From a bacterium (GTDB lineage: Bacteria > Hydrothermota > 32-111), in the NCBI GenBank assembly GCA_046484245.1, contig JAWOBN010000111.1, positions 1 through 41,465 on the forward strand: a stretch of 41,465 bases of DNA. Direction: 5' to 3'. Below the pieces are notes generated by a model. It worked only from the letters and a program-made list of their open reading frames with translations. It was not told where the DNA came from and searched no databases. Both the position numbers and the translations under genes were made by a program. This document shows, piece by piece, positions 26,154-36,655 of this stretch (the first letter of the stretch is position 1; each line of letters begins with the position of its first letter).

Positions 26154-28817
26154 ATGGATAAGAAAATGGTATACTTTTTCGGTAAGGATATGGCTGAGGG
26201 CAGTTCAGACATGAAGGATCTGCTGGGGGGCAAAGGAGCGAATCTATCTGAAATGGCCTCCATTGGTCTTCCCGTACCGCCGGGATTCACTATCACAACA
26301 GATGTATGTCTTTACTACACAGAACATGACAGGCAGTATCCGGAAGGATTGAAAGAGAGTGTTGAGGAGAATATTAAAAAGCTTGAAGATGTTATGGGCC
26401 GCCAGTTTGGCTCAAAGGACAATCCCCTTCTGGTCTCTGTGCGTTCGGGAGCTCCTATATCAATGCCCGGTATGATGGATACAATACTCAATCTGGGTCT
26501 TAATGATGAAACAGTGAAGGGGCTCAGTGATCTGACCGGCAATGAGAGATTTGCATATGATTCATACAGGCGTTTTGTACAGATGTACGGCAATGTGGTA
26601 TTGAAGATTGAAGGTGAAAAATTTGAATCTATCATAAAGAGGATCAAGAAAGAGAATAATGTGTCACTGGACATTGAACTCACTGCAGAGAATCTGAAGA
26701 ATCTTGTCAAAGAATACAAGGAATTGATACTCAAAGAAACAGGCAATGAATTCCCGGATAATGTCAATGATCAGCTGTGGACTTCCATCAATGCTGTCTT
26801 CGGTTCATGGGACAATCAGAGGGCAATAGATTACAGGAATATCAATAATATTCCTCATGACCTTGGTACAGCAGTCAATGTTCAGACAATGGTTTACGGC
26901 AATATGGGGGAAAACTCAGCAACAGGTGTTGCATTCACGAGGAATCCCTCCAATGGTGACAATCATTTCTACGGTGAGTATCTCATCAATGCTCAGGGTG
27001 AAGATGTTGTGGCAGGAATAAGGACACCGCAGCCCCTGAATGATTTCTCGCGTTCCTCTGATGAGCAGAAAACACTTGAAGAGATGATGCCGGAGATATA
27101 TAAGCAGCTCTATGATATCAGAAGTAAACTGGAATCGCATTACAAGGATACACAGGACCTGGAATTCACTGTTGAAGAAGGTAAACTCTGGATGCTCCAG
27201 ACAAGGACAGGCAAGAGGACGCCTCTTGCTGCAATTAAAATGGCAGTTGATTATGTGAATGAGGGTATTATTGATAAGGAAACAGCAGTACTAAGGGTGA
27301 AACCCTCTGATATAGACGGTATGCTGCATCCGATGATAGATCCTGATGAAGAGAAGGAAGTGCTGGCAAAGGGCCTTCCCGCATCTCCGGGAGCAGCAAC
27401 AGGCAGAATTGTTTTGACTGCAAAGGAAGCAGTTGAGAAGGCAAAGAATGAAAAAGAGCTTATTCTCGTCAGGGAAGAAACATCACCTGAGGATATCAGC
27501 GGCATGGATGCCTGTAACGGCATACTCACTGCAAGGGGCGGAATGACCTCTCATGCAGCAGTTGTTGCCAGAGGAATGGGCAAACCCTGTGTTGTAGGAT
27601 GCAGTGATATGGAGATTGATTATGAGAAACGCATAGTCAAGATAAAAGACCTTACTCTGAAAGACGGGGATTTCATCACAATAGACGGAACGAGCGGCGA
27701 GGTACTTAAGGGTAAGGTAAAGAAGATAAAACCGAAACTGCAGGATGAATTCGGCAAACTGATGGAATGGACTGATGAGTTCAAGAAACTTGAGATTAGA
27801 ACAAATGCAGATACTCCTGACGATTCCAAGGTGGCCAGAAATTTCGGTGCCAAAGGAATAGGCCTCTGCAGGACAGAACATATGTTCTTCGGTGAGGAAA
27901 GGATCAATGCAGTGCGTGAGATGATTCTGGCTGAAAATGATGAGGGCAGAAAGAAGGCACTGGAGAGGATACTGCCAATGCAGAGAGAGGATTTTGAAGG
28001 CATATTCAGGGTAATGGACGGTTTTCCTGTTGTTGTAAGGACACTGGACCCGCCTCTGCATGAATTCCTTCCCAAGGAAGACGAACAGATAAACATACTT
28101 GCAGGCAAAATAGGCATCAAGGCATCCAAACTCAAGCAGAAAGTTGATGATCTGCAGGAATCCAATCCGATGCTGGGACACAGGGGATGCAGACTCGGTA
28201 TTACCTATCCGCAGATAACGGAAATGCAGGTAAGGGCTATTATGGAAGCTGCATGCAATGTGAAAAAAGAGAATATTGATGTTCTCCCCGAGATAATGAT
28301 ACCCCTTATAGGCAATGTCAATGAACTGACAAAACAGAAAGAGATAGTTATTGCCACTGCCCAGCAGGTAATGAAAGAGAAAGATATTGAAATAGAGTAT
28401 CTTGTGGGAACAATGATTGAACTGCCCCGTGCAGCACTGACATCCGGCAGGATAGCCCCTGAGGCTGAATTCTTCTCATTCGGGACCAATGATCTGACTC
28501 AGACAACACTCGGCTTCTCAAGGGATGATGTAGGCCCTATACTTGAATCATACAGAAACCAGGGCATACTTGAGCATGATCCATTTGCATCACTGGATCA
28601 GGAAGGTGTAGGCAGGCTGATAAGCATATCAATTGAAGAAGGCAAGAAAGCCAATCCCGACCTTGAAATAGGGATATGCGGTGAGCATGGAGGAGACCCT
28701 GCATCAATTGAATTCTTCAATAAGAACGGATTTGACTATATATCATGTTCTCCGTACAGGGTGCCTGTTGCCCGTCTTGCTGCAGCACAGTCGGAAATCA
28801 ACAGAAAGAAAGAGTAG
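26154..28817 (+). CDS. ppdK: Pyruvate, phosphate dikinase
   Basis: LLGGKGANL, SVRSGA..SMPGMMDT, GGMTSHAAVVARG (phospho-His), GLCRTEHMF and GICGEHGG motifs. Confidence 0.97.
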   Translation: MDKKMVYFFGKDMAEGSSDMKDLLGGKGANLSEMASIGLPVPPGFTITTDVCLYYTEHDRQYPEGLKESVEENIKKLEDVMGRQFGSKDNPLLVSVRSGAPISMPGMMDTILNLGLNDETVKGLSDLTGNERFAYDSYRRFVQMYGNVVLKIEGEKFESIIKRIKKENNVSLDIELTAENLKNLVKEYKELILKETGNEFPDNVNDQLWTSINAVFGSWDNQRAIDYRNINNIPHDLGTAVNVQTMVYGNMGENSATGVAFTRNPSNGDNHFYGEYLINAQGEDVVAGIRTPQPLNDFSRSSDEQKTLEEMMPEIYKQLYDIRSKLESHYKDTQDLEFTVEEGKLWMLQTRTGKRTPLAAIKMAVDYVNEGIIDKETAVLRVKPSDIDGMLHPMIDPDEEKEVLAKGLPASPGAATGRIVLTAKEAVEKAKNEKELILVREETSPEDISGMDACNGILTARGGMTSHAAVVARGMGKPCVVGCSDMEIDYEKRIVKIKDLTLKDGDFITIDGTSGEVLKGKVKKIKPKLQDEFGKLMEWTDEFKKLEIRTNADTPDDSKVARNFGAKGIGLCRTEHMFFGEERINAVREMILAENDEGRKKALERILPMQREDFEGIFRVMDGFPVVVRTLDPPLHEFLPKEDEQINILAGKIGIKASKLKQKVDDLQESNPMLGHRGCRLGITYPQITEMQVRAIMEAACNVKKENIDVLPEIMIPLIGNVNELTKQKEIVIATAQQVMKEKDIEIEYLVGTMIELPRAALTSGRIAPEAEFFSFGTNDLTQTTLGFSRDDVGPILESYRNQGILEHDPFASLDQEGVGRLISISIEEGKKANPDLEIGICGEHGGDPASIEFFNKNGFDYISCSPYRVPVARLAAAQSEINRKKE

Positions 28818-28823
28818 CCGGTT

Positions 28824-30086
28824 ATGCTCAGCAGAGAGTTCATATTAAATAACAGGGACATCATAGACCGTATTGTCAAGATCAAGAATATTGATATCAA
28901 TACTGATGAACTCTATGAGATAATTGAACAAAGAAAAGATCTGATAAAAGATCTTGATGAACTGAGGCATGAACGCAATGCTGTTTCAAACAGTATTGCT
29001 GAGATTAAAAGAGCGGGGGGAGATATCACCCCCGTTCTTGATAAATCAAGGGCTATTTCATCCCGGGTAAAAGAGAATGAGAAAACATTAAAGGAACTTG
29101 AGCACCAGGAATCTGAATTACTCAGATGGATACCCAATGTGCCGCATGAGAGTGTGCCTTCAGGCGAAGATGCTGTGTTTGAAATAATAAGAGAAAAAGG
29201 TTCATTCGGTAAGAGCAACTGTACTGCCGACAGTATAATGGACCGGGGGGATTCCTTTGACTTAAAGAGGGGCACGAAAATAAGCGGCTCGCATTTCCCG
29301 CTTTTCAGACATAAAGGTGCATATCTGGAAAGAGTGCTTATCAATTTCATGCTGGATCTGCATATAAGAAAACACGGATATGAAGAAGTATTCACCCCAT
29401 TTGCAGTATCTGAAGAAACATTGTTCACAACAGGTCAATTACCCAAATTGAGAGATGACATGTACGCAATTGCTGGTGAGGACCTTTTCCTTATCCCCAC
29501 AGCTGAACCGCCTGTCACTGCAATGTACAATGATGAGATACTGGCTGAGGATCAGCTGCCTATGAAGTTCACAGCTTATTCAGCTTGTTTCAGGCGGGAA
29601 GCCGGTTCATACGGCAAGGAGACCAAAGGCCTGAAGAGGGTGCATCAGTTCAATAAAGTGGAGATGGTGAGATATACGGCACCGGAGAATTCCTATGATG
29701 CGCTTGAGGAAATGGTTGCTGAGGCAGAAGAGGTTCTTGAACTGCTGGGACTGGATTACAGAACAATACTCCTGCCGGATAATGACCTCTCCTTTGCATC
29801 AAGCAAGACATATGATATTGAGGTGTGGGCACCGGGAAGCAGAGAATTCCTTGAGGTCTCATCCGTGAGTAATTTTGAGGATTTTCAGTCAAGAAGGGGT
29901 AAAATAAGATATAAAAACAGCAGAAATGAGAATGAATTGATACATACACTCAATGGTTCAGGTCTTGCTACCCCCAGAACAGTCATTGCTATTATTGAAC
30001 AGTATGGTGATGGACAGGATTTTGAGTTCCCGCCTGTGCTGAAAGATTATATCAATAAGGGTCCGTCAATAATTGAAAATTTATGA
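28824..30086 (+). CDS. serS: Serine-tRNA ligase
   Basis: N-terminal coiled arm, LIPTAE, CFRREAGSYG, RVHQFNKVE and HTLNGSGLA motifs. Confidence 0.97.
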   Translation: MLSREFILNNRDIIDRIVKIKNIDINTDELYEIIEQRKDLIKDLDELRHERNAVSNSIAEIKRAGGDITPVLDKSRAISSRVKENEKTLKELEHQESELLRWIPNVPHESVPSGEDAVFEIIREKGSFGKSNCTADSIMDRGDSFDLKRGTKISGSHFPLFRHKGAYLERVLINFMLDLHIRKHGYEEVFTPFAVSEETLFTTGQLPKLRDDMYAIAGEDLFLIPTAEPPVTAMYNDEILAEDQLPMKFTAYSACFRREAGSYGKETKGLKRVHQFNKVEMVRYTAPENSYDALEEMVAEAEEVLELLGLDYRTILLPDNDLSFASSKTYDIEVWAPGSREFLEVSSVSNFEDFQSRRGKIRYKNSRNENELIHTLNGSGLATPRTVIAIIEQYGDGQDFEFPPVLKDYINKGPSIIENL

Positions 30087-31300
30087 AAAATATAAGATTT
30101 TCAGTATTTCTGCTGATATTACTGGTATTTGTATCCTGCGCAAAAACGGTAAAACCATATTCAAACAGGGAACCCCATCTCAAGATAGCTGTTATGCATA
30201 AGGCTGATGCTGTAAATATTACCTCTTCAGGGAGGTATAAGATAGTGTCAACCAATGGAATGCTCTCGCTTGACAAAGGGGATAAGACAACAGTGAAACG
30301 GTCAGGCAGTAATCCCATTATAGAGATAAATCAGTCAAAGAGGATAAAGAAGATATTCTATCCGGTTAAATTCAAGCCTGTAAGCGGTCATCTCTATCTC
30401 AACAGTATACCTTACAGGGGAGAGATATGGGTCATAAAGGATGCAGACAACTATCTCCTGGCAATCAATTATATAAATATGGAGGATTATCTCCGGGGTG
30501 TTGTGCCGGCTGAAATAGGAGCCCTCAATGAAAGCAGGATAGAAGCTTGCAAAGCTCAGGCTGTTGCAGCGCGCACATATGCAGTGAGTCATATAGGCAT
30601 GCATTATGATATGGGTTATGACCTGGAATGCACTGTAGCTGATCAGGTGTATAAAGGTATAAGGGTGGAATACCCTGTGACTGACATGGCAGTATCAAGT
30701 ACAGCAGGAATCATAGCTGTATATAAAGGCAGACCCATTGAGGCAAAGTATCACTCCACTTGCGGCGGATATACATCCGACAATGAAAATGCGTGGGGCG
30801 GTGCTCCTATACCGTATCTCAGATCCGGAAAGGACGGCGGGGGCTGTCTCTTCTGGCAGTATTACTATTGCAGCCAGTCCCCCCATTTTAATTGGGAACA
30901 TAAATTCAGGAAGGATGATTTCTACAGATTGCTAAGTATCAATCTCTCCCGGATAAAAGGAAAGGACATTACTGTCAAGAGAATTAAGGTGGGGAAGAGG
31001 GACTCAGGCGGAAGGGTTATTGCACTGTATCTCTATGATAACTGCAGTCAGCGTCATACTGTCTCCGGCCTCAATATTAGAAAGATATTCACCGGTGTCA
31101 ATGCACCCGGGCATTTCCTGAGAAGCCGCGCATTTGATATTGAGACAGGATGGTCTTATGTAGTTATCAAAGGCCGTGGATTCGGCCATGGTGTCGGCAT
31201 GTGCCAGTACGGAGCAATGGAAATGGCTGACAGGGGTAAATCCTACAGAGATATACTGAAACACTATTACAGGGGTATAGAATTAAAAAAATTGTACTGA
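30083..31300 (+). CDS. SpoIID/LytB-domain lytic transglycosylase, probable lipoprotein
   Basis: Lipobox FVSC, EDYLRGVVPAE, KAQAVAARTY, DQVY, YHSTCGG and GFGHGVGMCQYGA motifs. Confidence 0.92.
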   Translation: MKNIRFSVFLLILLVFVSCAKTVKPYSNREPHLKIAVMHKADAVNITSSGRYKIVSTNGMLSLDKGDKTTVKRSGSNPIIEINQSKRIKKIFYPVKFKPVSGHLYLNSIPYRGEIWVIKDADNYLLAINYINMEDYLRGVVPAEIGALNESRIEACKAQAVAARTYAVSHIGMHYDMGYDLECTVADQVYKGIRVEYPVTDMAVSSTAGIIAVYKGRPIEAKYHSTCGGYTSDNENAWGGAPIPYLRSGKDGGGCLFWQYYYCSQSPHFNWEHKFRKDDFYRLLSINLSRIKGKDITVKRIKVGKRDSGGRVIALYLYDNCSQRHTVSGLNIRKIFTGVNAPGHFLRSRAFDIETGWSYVVIKGRGFGHGVGMCQYGAMEMADRGKSYRDILKHYYRGIELKKLY

Positions 31301-33015
31301 TGCTGATTGCATTGATTACCGTATTGACCCTTTTTGCTGAAGTGAAGGAGATTGATGTTGACGGCAATGTATTCTTCCCGGACAAGCAGATACTGAATTT
31401 AATGAAGACAAAAGAGGGGAGAAAATTTGACAGACTGGTTTTCAATAATGACAAGAATAGAATAATCTCATTCTATAACAGCAAGGGCTTTCTTGATGTC
31501 AGAATCACAAAATTTGATGAAACTGAAGGGGAAATGATTCACATTGTGATAGAGGAGGGGTTCAGAACAGTTATCAATCAGATAAGGATCTTCGGCAATA
31601 ATCAGGTGAGTGATGAGAGAATAATTCAATTGCTTCAATATGAAAAAAATATGCCGCTTAACAAGGCTCAGCTGTCCAGAAGGCAGATTGATATTGTAGA
31701 GGAGTATTCCGGCAAGGGATTCATCTATGTTGATGTGGACTATGAGTTTATTGACAGGGAGACAAAATACAGAAAGATACTCTATGTCAATATAGAAGAA
31801 AAACACAGGGCATATATACGCAGCATAAATCTTGATTCTTTGCCTGAAACTGTGAGGAATGTAGCAAATTATGAGATTGATCTGCGCAGCGGCATGGTCT
31901 ATATACCGTCAGCAATCTATAAGAGTCAGCAGAAATTGTACAATACAGGCCTGTTCAGAATTGTGAATTTCCATACCAATGGGATTGATGCTGAATCCGA
32001 AAGTCTTGATGTCTATTTTACCGGTACTGTAAAGCCTTATAAATGGTTTTCAGGCGGATTTCTGTATCAATTTCCGGATAGAGGCAAGATAAGCCTTGGA
32101 TGGGGTAATGACAATATTATGAGCAATGCTGAAAATATTATGTTTGAAACCTATCTTCTCACAGATATCAGGAGAAATACTTGGCTCAATGGTTTAATCT
32201 CATATGAGGTTCCTTATCTTTTCAAGACCCTTTTCTCATATGTTTTTGAAGCTGAAGCAAATCAGGAGAGGAATGATTATTTCAATAGATCGGATATATC
32301 CCTGATGTCGGGTATAAGCAGAAAATGGAGAAATCTTCTCCTCAGCAATAATTACAGATATAAACTCAGTATTGTTGATACAAATGTGAGCAACGAACCT
32401 GTCCGGTTTCAGAGTGCAAACACAAATTCTGTCAATTTCGGACTATTCTATGACAGGAGGGATAATCCCTTCTATCCCACATCAGGATTCACCGGTTTTC
32501 TCTCAATTGAATATGCCGGAGGTATATTGAGCGGCTATAATAATTTCACCAAATATCTTGTGGAATTCAATGCATACAGAACTGAGTTCAGCCGTCTCAC
32601 AATAGCGGGCAGAATCAGGGGGGGCATTATTGATCCTTATGATGTGTCTGTCACAAGAGGTATCTCCATTGACGAACAGTTCAAACTGGGCGGATTTTCC
32701 TCTGTGCGGGGCATAATGACCGATTCCCTGGGGCCTCTCAATGAAATAGGCACACATTCCGGCAATATGTATATCAATATCAATGCGGAAACGAGAATAC
32801 TTATATATAAGATGATAGGTGTTTCATTCTTTTATGACGGGGGACTGCTTCAGGCCAGTGCCGGCAGGCCTGATCCGGGTGATTTTGTTATCACAGGCGG
32901 TCTGGGGATATTTGTAAAGACACCGATAGGCCCTGTCAGATTTGATGTTGCAAGACCGGTTTTCTCTCAGACAGGAAGTATTCAGTATTATCTTAATCTG
33001 GGGAACTCGTACTGA
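31300..33015 (+). CDS. tamA: Omp85 family protein (TamA-like: POTRA domains plus barrel)
   Basis: POTRA motifs (GN..F.D, Y..KGF), YDRRDNPFYP, GGFSSVRG and TPIGPVRFD motifs. Coupled to a tamB-like gene. Confidence 0.8.
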   Translation: MLIALITVLTLFAEVKEIDVDGNVFFPDKQILNLMKTKEGRKFDRLVFNNDKNRIISFYNSKGFLDVRITKFDETEGEMIHIVIEEGFRTVINQIRIFGNNQVSDERIIQLLQYEKNMPLNKAQLSRRQIDIVEEYSGKGFIYVDVDYEFIDRETKYRKILYVNIEEKHRAYIRSINLDSLPETVRNVANYEIDLRSGMVYIPSAIYKSQQKLYNTGLFRIVNFHTNGIDAESESLDVYFTGTVKPYKWFSGGFLYQFPDRGKISLGWGNDNIMSNAENIMFETYLLTDIRRNTWLNGLISYEVPYLFKTLFSYVFEAEANQERNDYFNRSDISLMSGISRKWRNLLLSNNYRYKLSIVDTNVSNEPVRFQSANTNSVNFGLFYDRRDNPFYPTSGFTGFLSIEYAGGILSGYNNFTKYLVEFNAYRTEFSRLTIAGRIRGGIIDPYDVSVTRGISIDEQFKLGGFSSVRGIMTDSLGPLNEIGTHSGNMYININAETRILIYKMIGVSFFYDGGLLQASAGRPDPGDFVITGGLGIFVKTPIGPVRFDVARPVFSQTGSIQYYLNLGNSY

Positions 33016-36000
33016 TGAGTATTAAGAGAAAAATATTTATTATTGTAATGAGCATTATGCTTTTTATCAGTGTTGCTTTACCGATATTTGTCAATACACC
33101 GCTGTTCAACCGTATGGTAAGGGAGTATATTGAGAACACAATAAGTACAGCTATTGATGGTGAATGCAGGATAGGCAAACTGACAGCCGGTATTGTCTCA
33201 TACAGAATTGACTCTCTCCATATATCAAATCCTATGGTAAAGGCATATTTTGAGAAGACGGATATAGGACTCAGTATTTACTCACTGCTTATAGGAAAGA
33301 TCCTGTTCAATTTCATAGAGATGGATGAAGGCATTATCCTGATAAAGGAACAGGAAAGCCAATCTCAATCTGAACAAAGCGGTTTCAATTATGATTATGA
33401 ACCTGTATCAGTGCTGCGCGGGCTGGACATCAAGACACTGAAGGTTACCAATCTGGATATACAGTATGATACCCTTCAATTGAGCAATTTGAATTTTGTC
33501 AGTTCAGTTTCACTCAATGACAGACGTCTTGCAGTATTCATCAATGTTCATTCTGCGAATGTTCCCGGCAGGATCAGTCTGGAAAAATCCACAGGGGAAA
33601 TAGTGATGTACAGCAATCATGCCAAATTTATGGGTGATATAAAGTCCGATAATCTGGATGTTGAATATGACATAAATATGCATGATTCAACAATTGACAT
33701 CAGGAATCTGGATTGCAATCTGCATACAAAATCCCTCTATATAGGTAATGATCTGTTGAATATCCAAGGCAGGATAGGAATCTCGGGATTTATCAAGGGC
33801 AGTCAGAAGTATCTTACATTGAGAGGTATTATCAATAGTGCGGATTACCGGAATCTAAAAATACCGCAATTAAAGACTGTAGCTGTATTGAAGGATAATT
33901 CAATCATAATTGAGAATATTGAAATGAATGACAGTTTAACTCAATTCACAGGATCAGGTTTTACTGATTTAGAACATTTTCCCCAGTCGGAATTGAATTT
34001 TAATATTGAAAGCATGAACTATTATTCATTTGCTGATGATATTGATATGAAACCTCATAATATTGGAGGTTCTGTCACTTTGAAGATAAATGCATCTGAT
34101 GATTTCAGCATTGTATTGGATTCATTCAGGGGCTATTGGGGTATGGATACTTTAAGAAACCTCAATGGCTCAATTGCTTATTCCGACAGTTCATTCTTTG
34201 CAAGGAATCTCACTGCCTATATAGGGAAGGGCAGTATTGACTTGAACGGAATGCTCGGGCCTCAAGAGGGCAGAATGTCTGCCCGTTTTGAAAATTTCCC
34301 CTCCGGACTGCTCAACAATATTGACGGGATACCTCATATAGAGGGTCAATTATACGGTGACGCATTAGCTGAAAACGGTTACAGGGATTTTAATGTTTCC
34401 CTTGATATCAGAATTCAGGATATAATTGTTGACAACAATACCTTTGACAATTTCACTTTGAATGGTTCACTGAACAGTGATTATAACGGTATTTTGACAA
34501 TGAAGCTCATAGGAGGCAATGCACTGGGCACAGAAATTCAACTTCTATACGGAGAGGTCAAGAAAAATGATCTCAATATATACACGAATATTTCAGCTAT
34601 TTTTGAGGCAGGCTATCTTGAGTATGAGGGAGACTATGTGTGGAATAATCCGAGCAATTTCAATGGTCTGATAAGAACATTATCTTTGAAGAGCAATGGC
34701 AAGAGGATATTCCTGTCAAAACCTGTTTACATAAATGTGTCTGAGGATTCATTGGAGATATCAGACATAGAAATATACGGGAATGAACTGCTGCTCACAG
34801 GCTCAATGACATTGATTGAGGATAGTATAGATGTGTACCTGAAATACGATGATGATTCCCTCTTCCTCTTCAGAGAGATAAGCAATCTGGATATTTACGG
34901 CAAGCTCGGACTGGAGCTCAGGGCAAACACACGATTATCTGATCCTGTATTCAATTTCAGCATTGACTTGAGGGGAGGGCGATACGAGGATATTCTCATT
35001 GACAGATTCATCTTTGCCAGTAATTTCAATAAAAGCCGTCTCACACTTGACCGGTTTGAGATGCAATACGGCCCTCATGCATCAACTGCTACAGGATATA
35101 TTGAATTCAATGAACTCAGGGATATGAATGATGATTCAATCAGCATTGATCTTGATCTTAATCACATTACCGGTGAGTTCCTATCTCCGTTTTATGAAAT
35201 ATTCACGGTTGACAGTGGTTTTGCAGAGGGTGCTGTCAATTTATCAGGCAATCTCAAGGATCCTGATATGAACGGGACAGTCAATATTATCAATGCTGAT
35301 GTCAATATATTGGAACTCGGTACAACTGTGAGAGATATTAATGCCGGAGCTTATTTGAGTGGAGACAGTATTGTCATAGAGGGGGTGAACGGCAAAACAG
35401 CCAATGGGCATCTCAATATGACCGGACTGGTGCTGAAAGACGGATATATGCTTGATTATTACAGATTCACTCTTGCTGCTACAGGGATACATTCAAATGG
35501 CATAGATTATACTGATGCATACGGTGATGCTCAACTGGAGATAAAGGGTACTGTCACAAAACCGAATATCACCGGCAGTATAGAGGTAACAGAGGGTGTA
35601 ACTACAATTCCCTTTATCAATCTGCCTGCATCCGATTATCAATCAACATCCATTGATTCATCCTATATTGACCTGTCAATAAAATCCGGCGGGGATCTGT
35701 GGATAAAGAATAATTTTGTTAATGTTGAGATGAAGGGGGATGTCAGGATACTGAAGGATGTGTCTCAGCTGAACATTACAGGCAGGGCTGATATAATCAG
35801 AGGTTCCTATTATTACATTGACAAGAGATTCACTGTTACGGACGGCTATTTCAATCTGAGAGAGTCCAATCAGATAGTGGACCCCTATGTATCCATCAAT
35901 TCTCAGACAAGAGTCAATTATTATGATATTGACGGTTACAAGGATGCCGATATTTTTCTCAAGGTATCCGGCAATCTTGAAGAACCGGAAATAACTCTGT

Positions 36001-36401
36001 ACTCCAAACCTGCAATGGATATGGATGATATCCTCTCAATTCTCAGTTTCAACACAAGTGTAGCTGCCTTGAATAGTGTGGGTAAGATATCAAGGGCATT
36101 GCCGGAAAAGGCGCTTCAGGTATATTTGAGGAGCAATTATCTCAATGCTGTCAGTTCATCCATCGGGCTGGACCAGCTTAATATAGAAACAAGTCTGCTC
36201 TCTGATGAGAAGAGCGCCAAGCTCTCTGTAGGCAAATATATCAGCAGAGACCTCTTTATCAGCTATACACACGATATTTTCTCCTTTGCCCGGGATATGT
36301 TTCAAATAGAGTATAACATTACGGAGAATTCGCAAATAATAACAGAGCGCGATGATGAAGGTAATGTCAATGCCGGTTTTCAGTTCAAATTCAGATATTG
36401 A
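33015..36401 (+). CDS. tamB: TamB/AsmA-like translocation-assembly protein
   Basis: N-terminal TM, long beta-rich body, G.L..P motifs, and C-terminal GLDQL...SVGKYISRDLFISY...F.Y. Confidence 0.85.
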   Translation: MSIKRKIFIIVMSIMLFISVALPIFVNTPLFNRMVREYIENTISTAIDGECRIGKLTAGIVSYRIDSLHISNPMVKAYFEKTDIGLSIYSLLIGKILFNFIEMDEGIILIKEQESQSQSEQSGFNYDYEPVSVLRGLDIKTLKVTNLDIQYDTLQLSNLNFVSSVSLNDRRLAVFINVHSANVPGRISLEKSTGEIVMYSNHAKFMGDIKSDNLDVEYDINMHDSTIDIRNLDCNLHTKSLYIGNDLLNIQGRIGISGFIKGSQKYLTLRGIINSADYRNLKIPQLKTVAVLKDNSIIIENIEMNDSLTQFTGSGFTDLEHFPQSELNFNIESMNYYSFADDIDMKPHNIGGSVTLKINASDDFSIVLDSFRGYWGMDTLRNLNGSIAYSDSSFFARNLTAYIGKGSIDLNGMLGPQEGRMSARFENFPSGLLNNIDGIPHIEGQLYGDALAENGYRDFNVSLDIRIQDIIVDNNTFDNFTLNGSLNSDYNGILTMKLIGGNALGTEIQLLYGEVKKNDLNIYTNISAIFEAGYLEYEGDYVWNNPSNFNGLIRTLSLKSNGKRIFLSKPVYINVSEDSLEISDIEIYGNELLLTGSMTLIEDSIDVYLKYDDDSLFLFREISNLDIYGKLGLELRANTRLSDPVFNFSIDLRGGRYEDILIDRFIFASNFNKSRLTLDRFEMQYGPHASTATGYIEFNELRDMNDDSISIDLDLNHITGEFLSPFYEIFTVDSGFAEGAVNLSGNLKDPDMNGTVNIINADVNILELGTTVRDINAGAYLSGDSIVIEGVNGKTANGHLNMTGLVLKDGYMLDYYRFTLAATGIHSNGIDYTDAYGDAQLEIKGTVTKPNITGSIEVTEGVTTIPFINLPASDYQSTSIDSSYIDLSIKSGGDLWIKNNFVNVEMKGDVRILKDVSQLNITGRADIIRGSYYYIDKRFTVTDGYFNLRESNQIVDPYVSINSQTRVNYYDIDGYKDADIFLKVSGNLEEPEITLYSKPAMDMDDILSILSFNTSVAALNSVGKISRALPEKALQVYLRSNYLNAVSSSIGLDQLNIETSLLSDEKSAKLSVGKYISRDLFISYTHDIFSFARDMFQIEYNITENSQIITERDDEGNVNAGFQFKFRY

Positions 36402-36407
36402 GCTGAA

Positions 36408-36647
36408 TCAATTCCCATTAACAACAATACATGTAACAGTGCGGTTTATGCCGTCTATCTTCTGTATCTTATTTACTATTTCATCAGCCAGATTCTTTGT
36501 GCTGTCAGCATTTACCAGTGCTATAAGATCATGCAGTCCTGTCACAACATGGGCATGTTCAACTTCTTCAAGTCCTTCAAGCTCTTTCAGGACAGACAAT
36601 GCTTTTCCGCTTTCAGCATTAATGAGGAGATAGGCTAGTAATTTCAT
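36408..36647 (-). CDS. Lrp/AsnC ligand-binding-domain-only protein
   Basis: AYLLI...GK...V..L...A..VTG..DLI....I..IDGI..T.T pattern; no HTH. Confidence 0.85.
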   Translation of the reverse strand: MKLLAYLLINAESGKALSVLKELEGLEEVEHAHVVTGLHDLIALVNADSTKNLADEIVNKIQKIDGINRTVTCIVVNGN

Positions 36648-36655
36648 AATAACTC

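Noticed and set aside
26315..29949. Long antisense ORFs (up to 232 aa) within ppdK/serS, and similar ones in dnaX, recR and lysC
   Set aside because: They are shadows of well-conserved genes, with no motifs.
30083..31300. Sporulation inferred from SpoIID
   Set aside because: SpoIID/LytB proteins are common in non-sporulating diderms, and no other spo genes are in the window.
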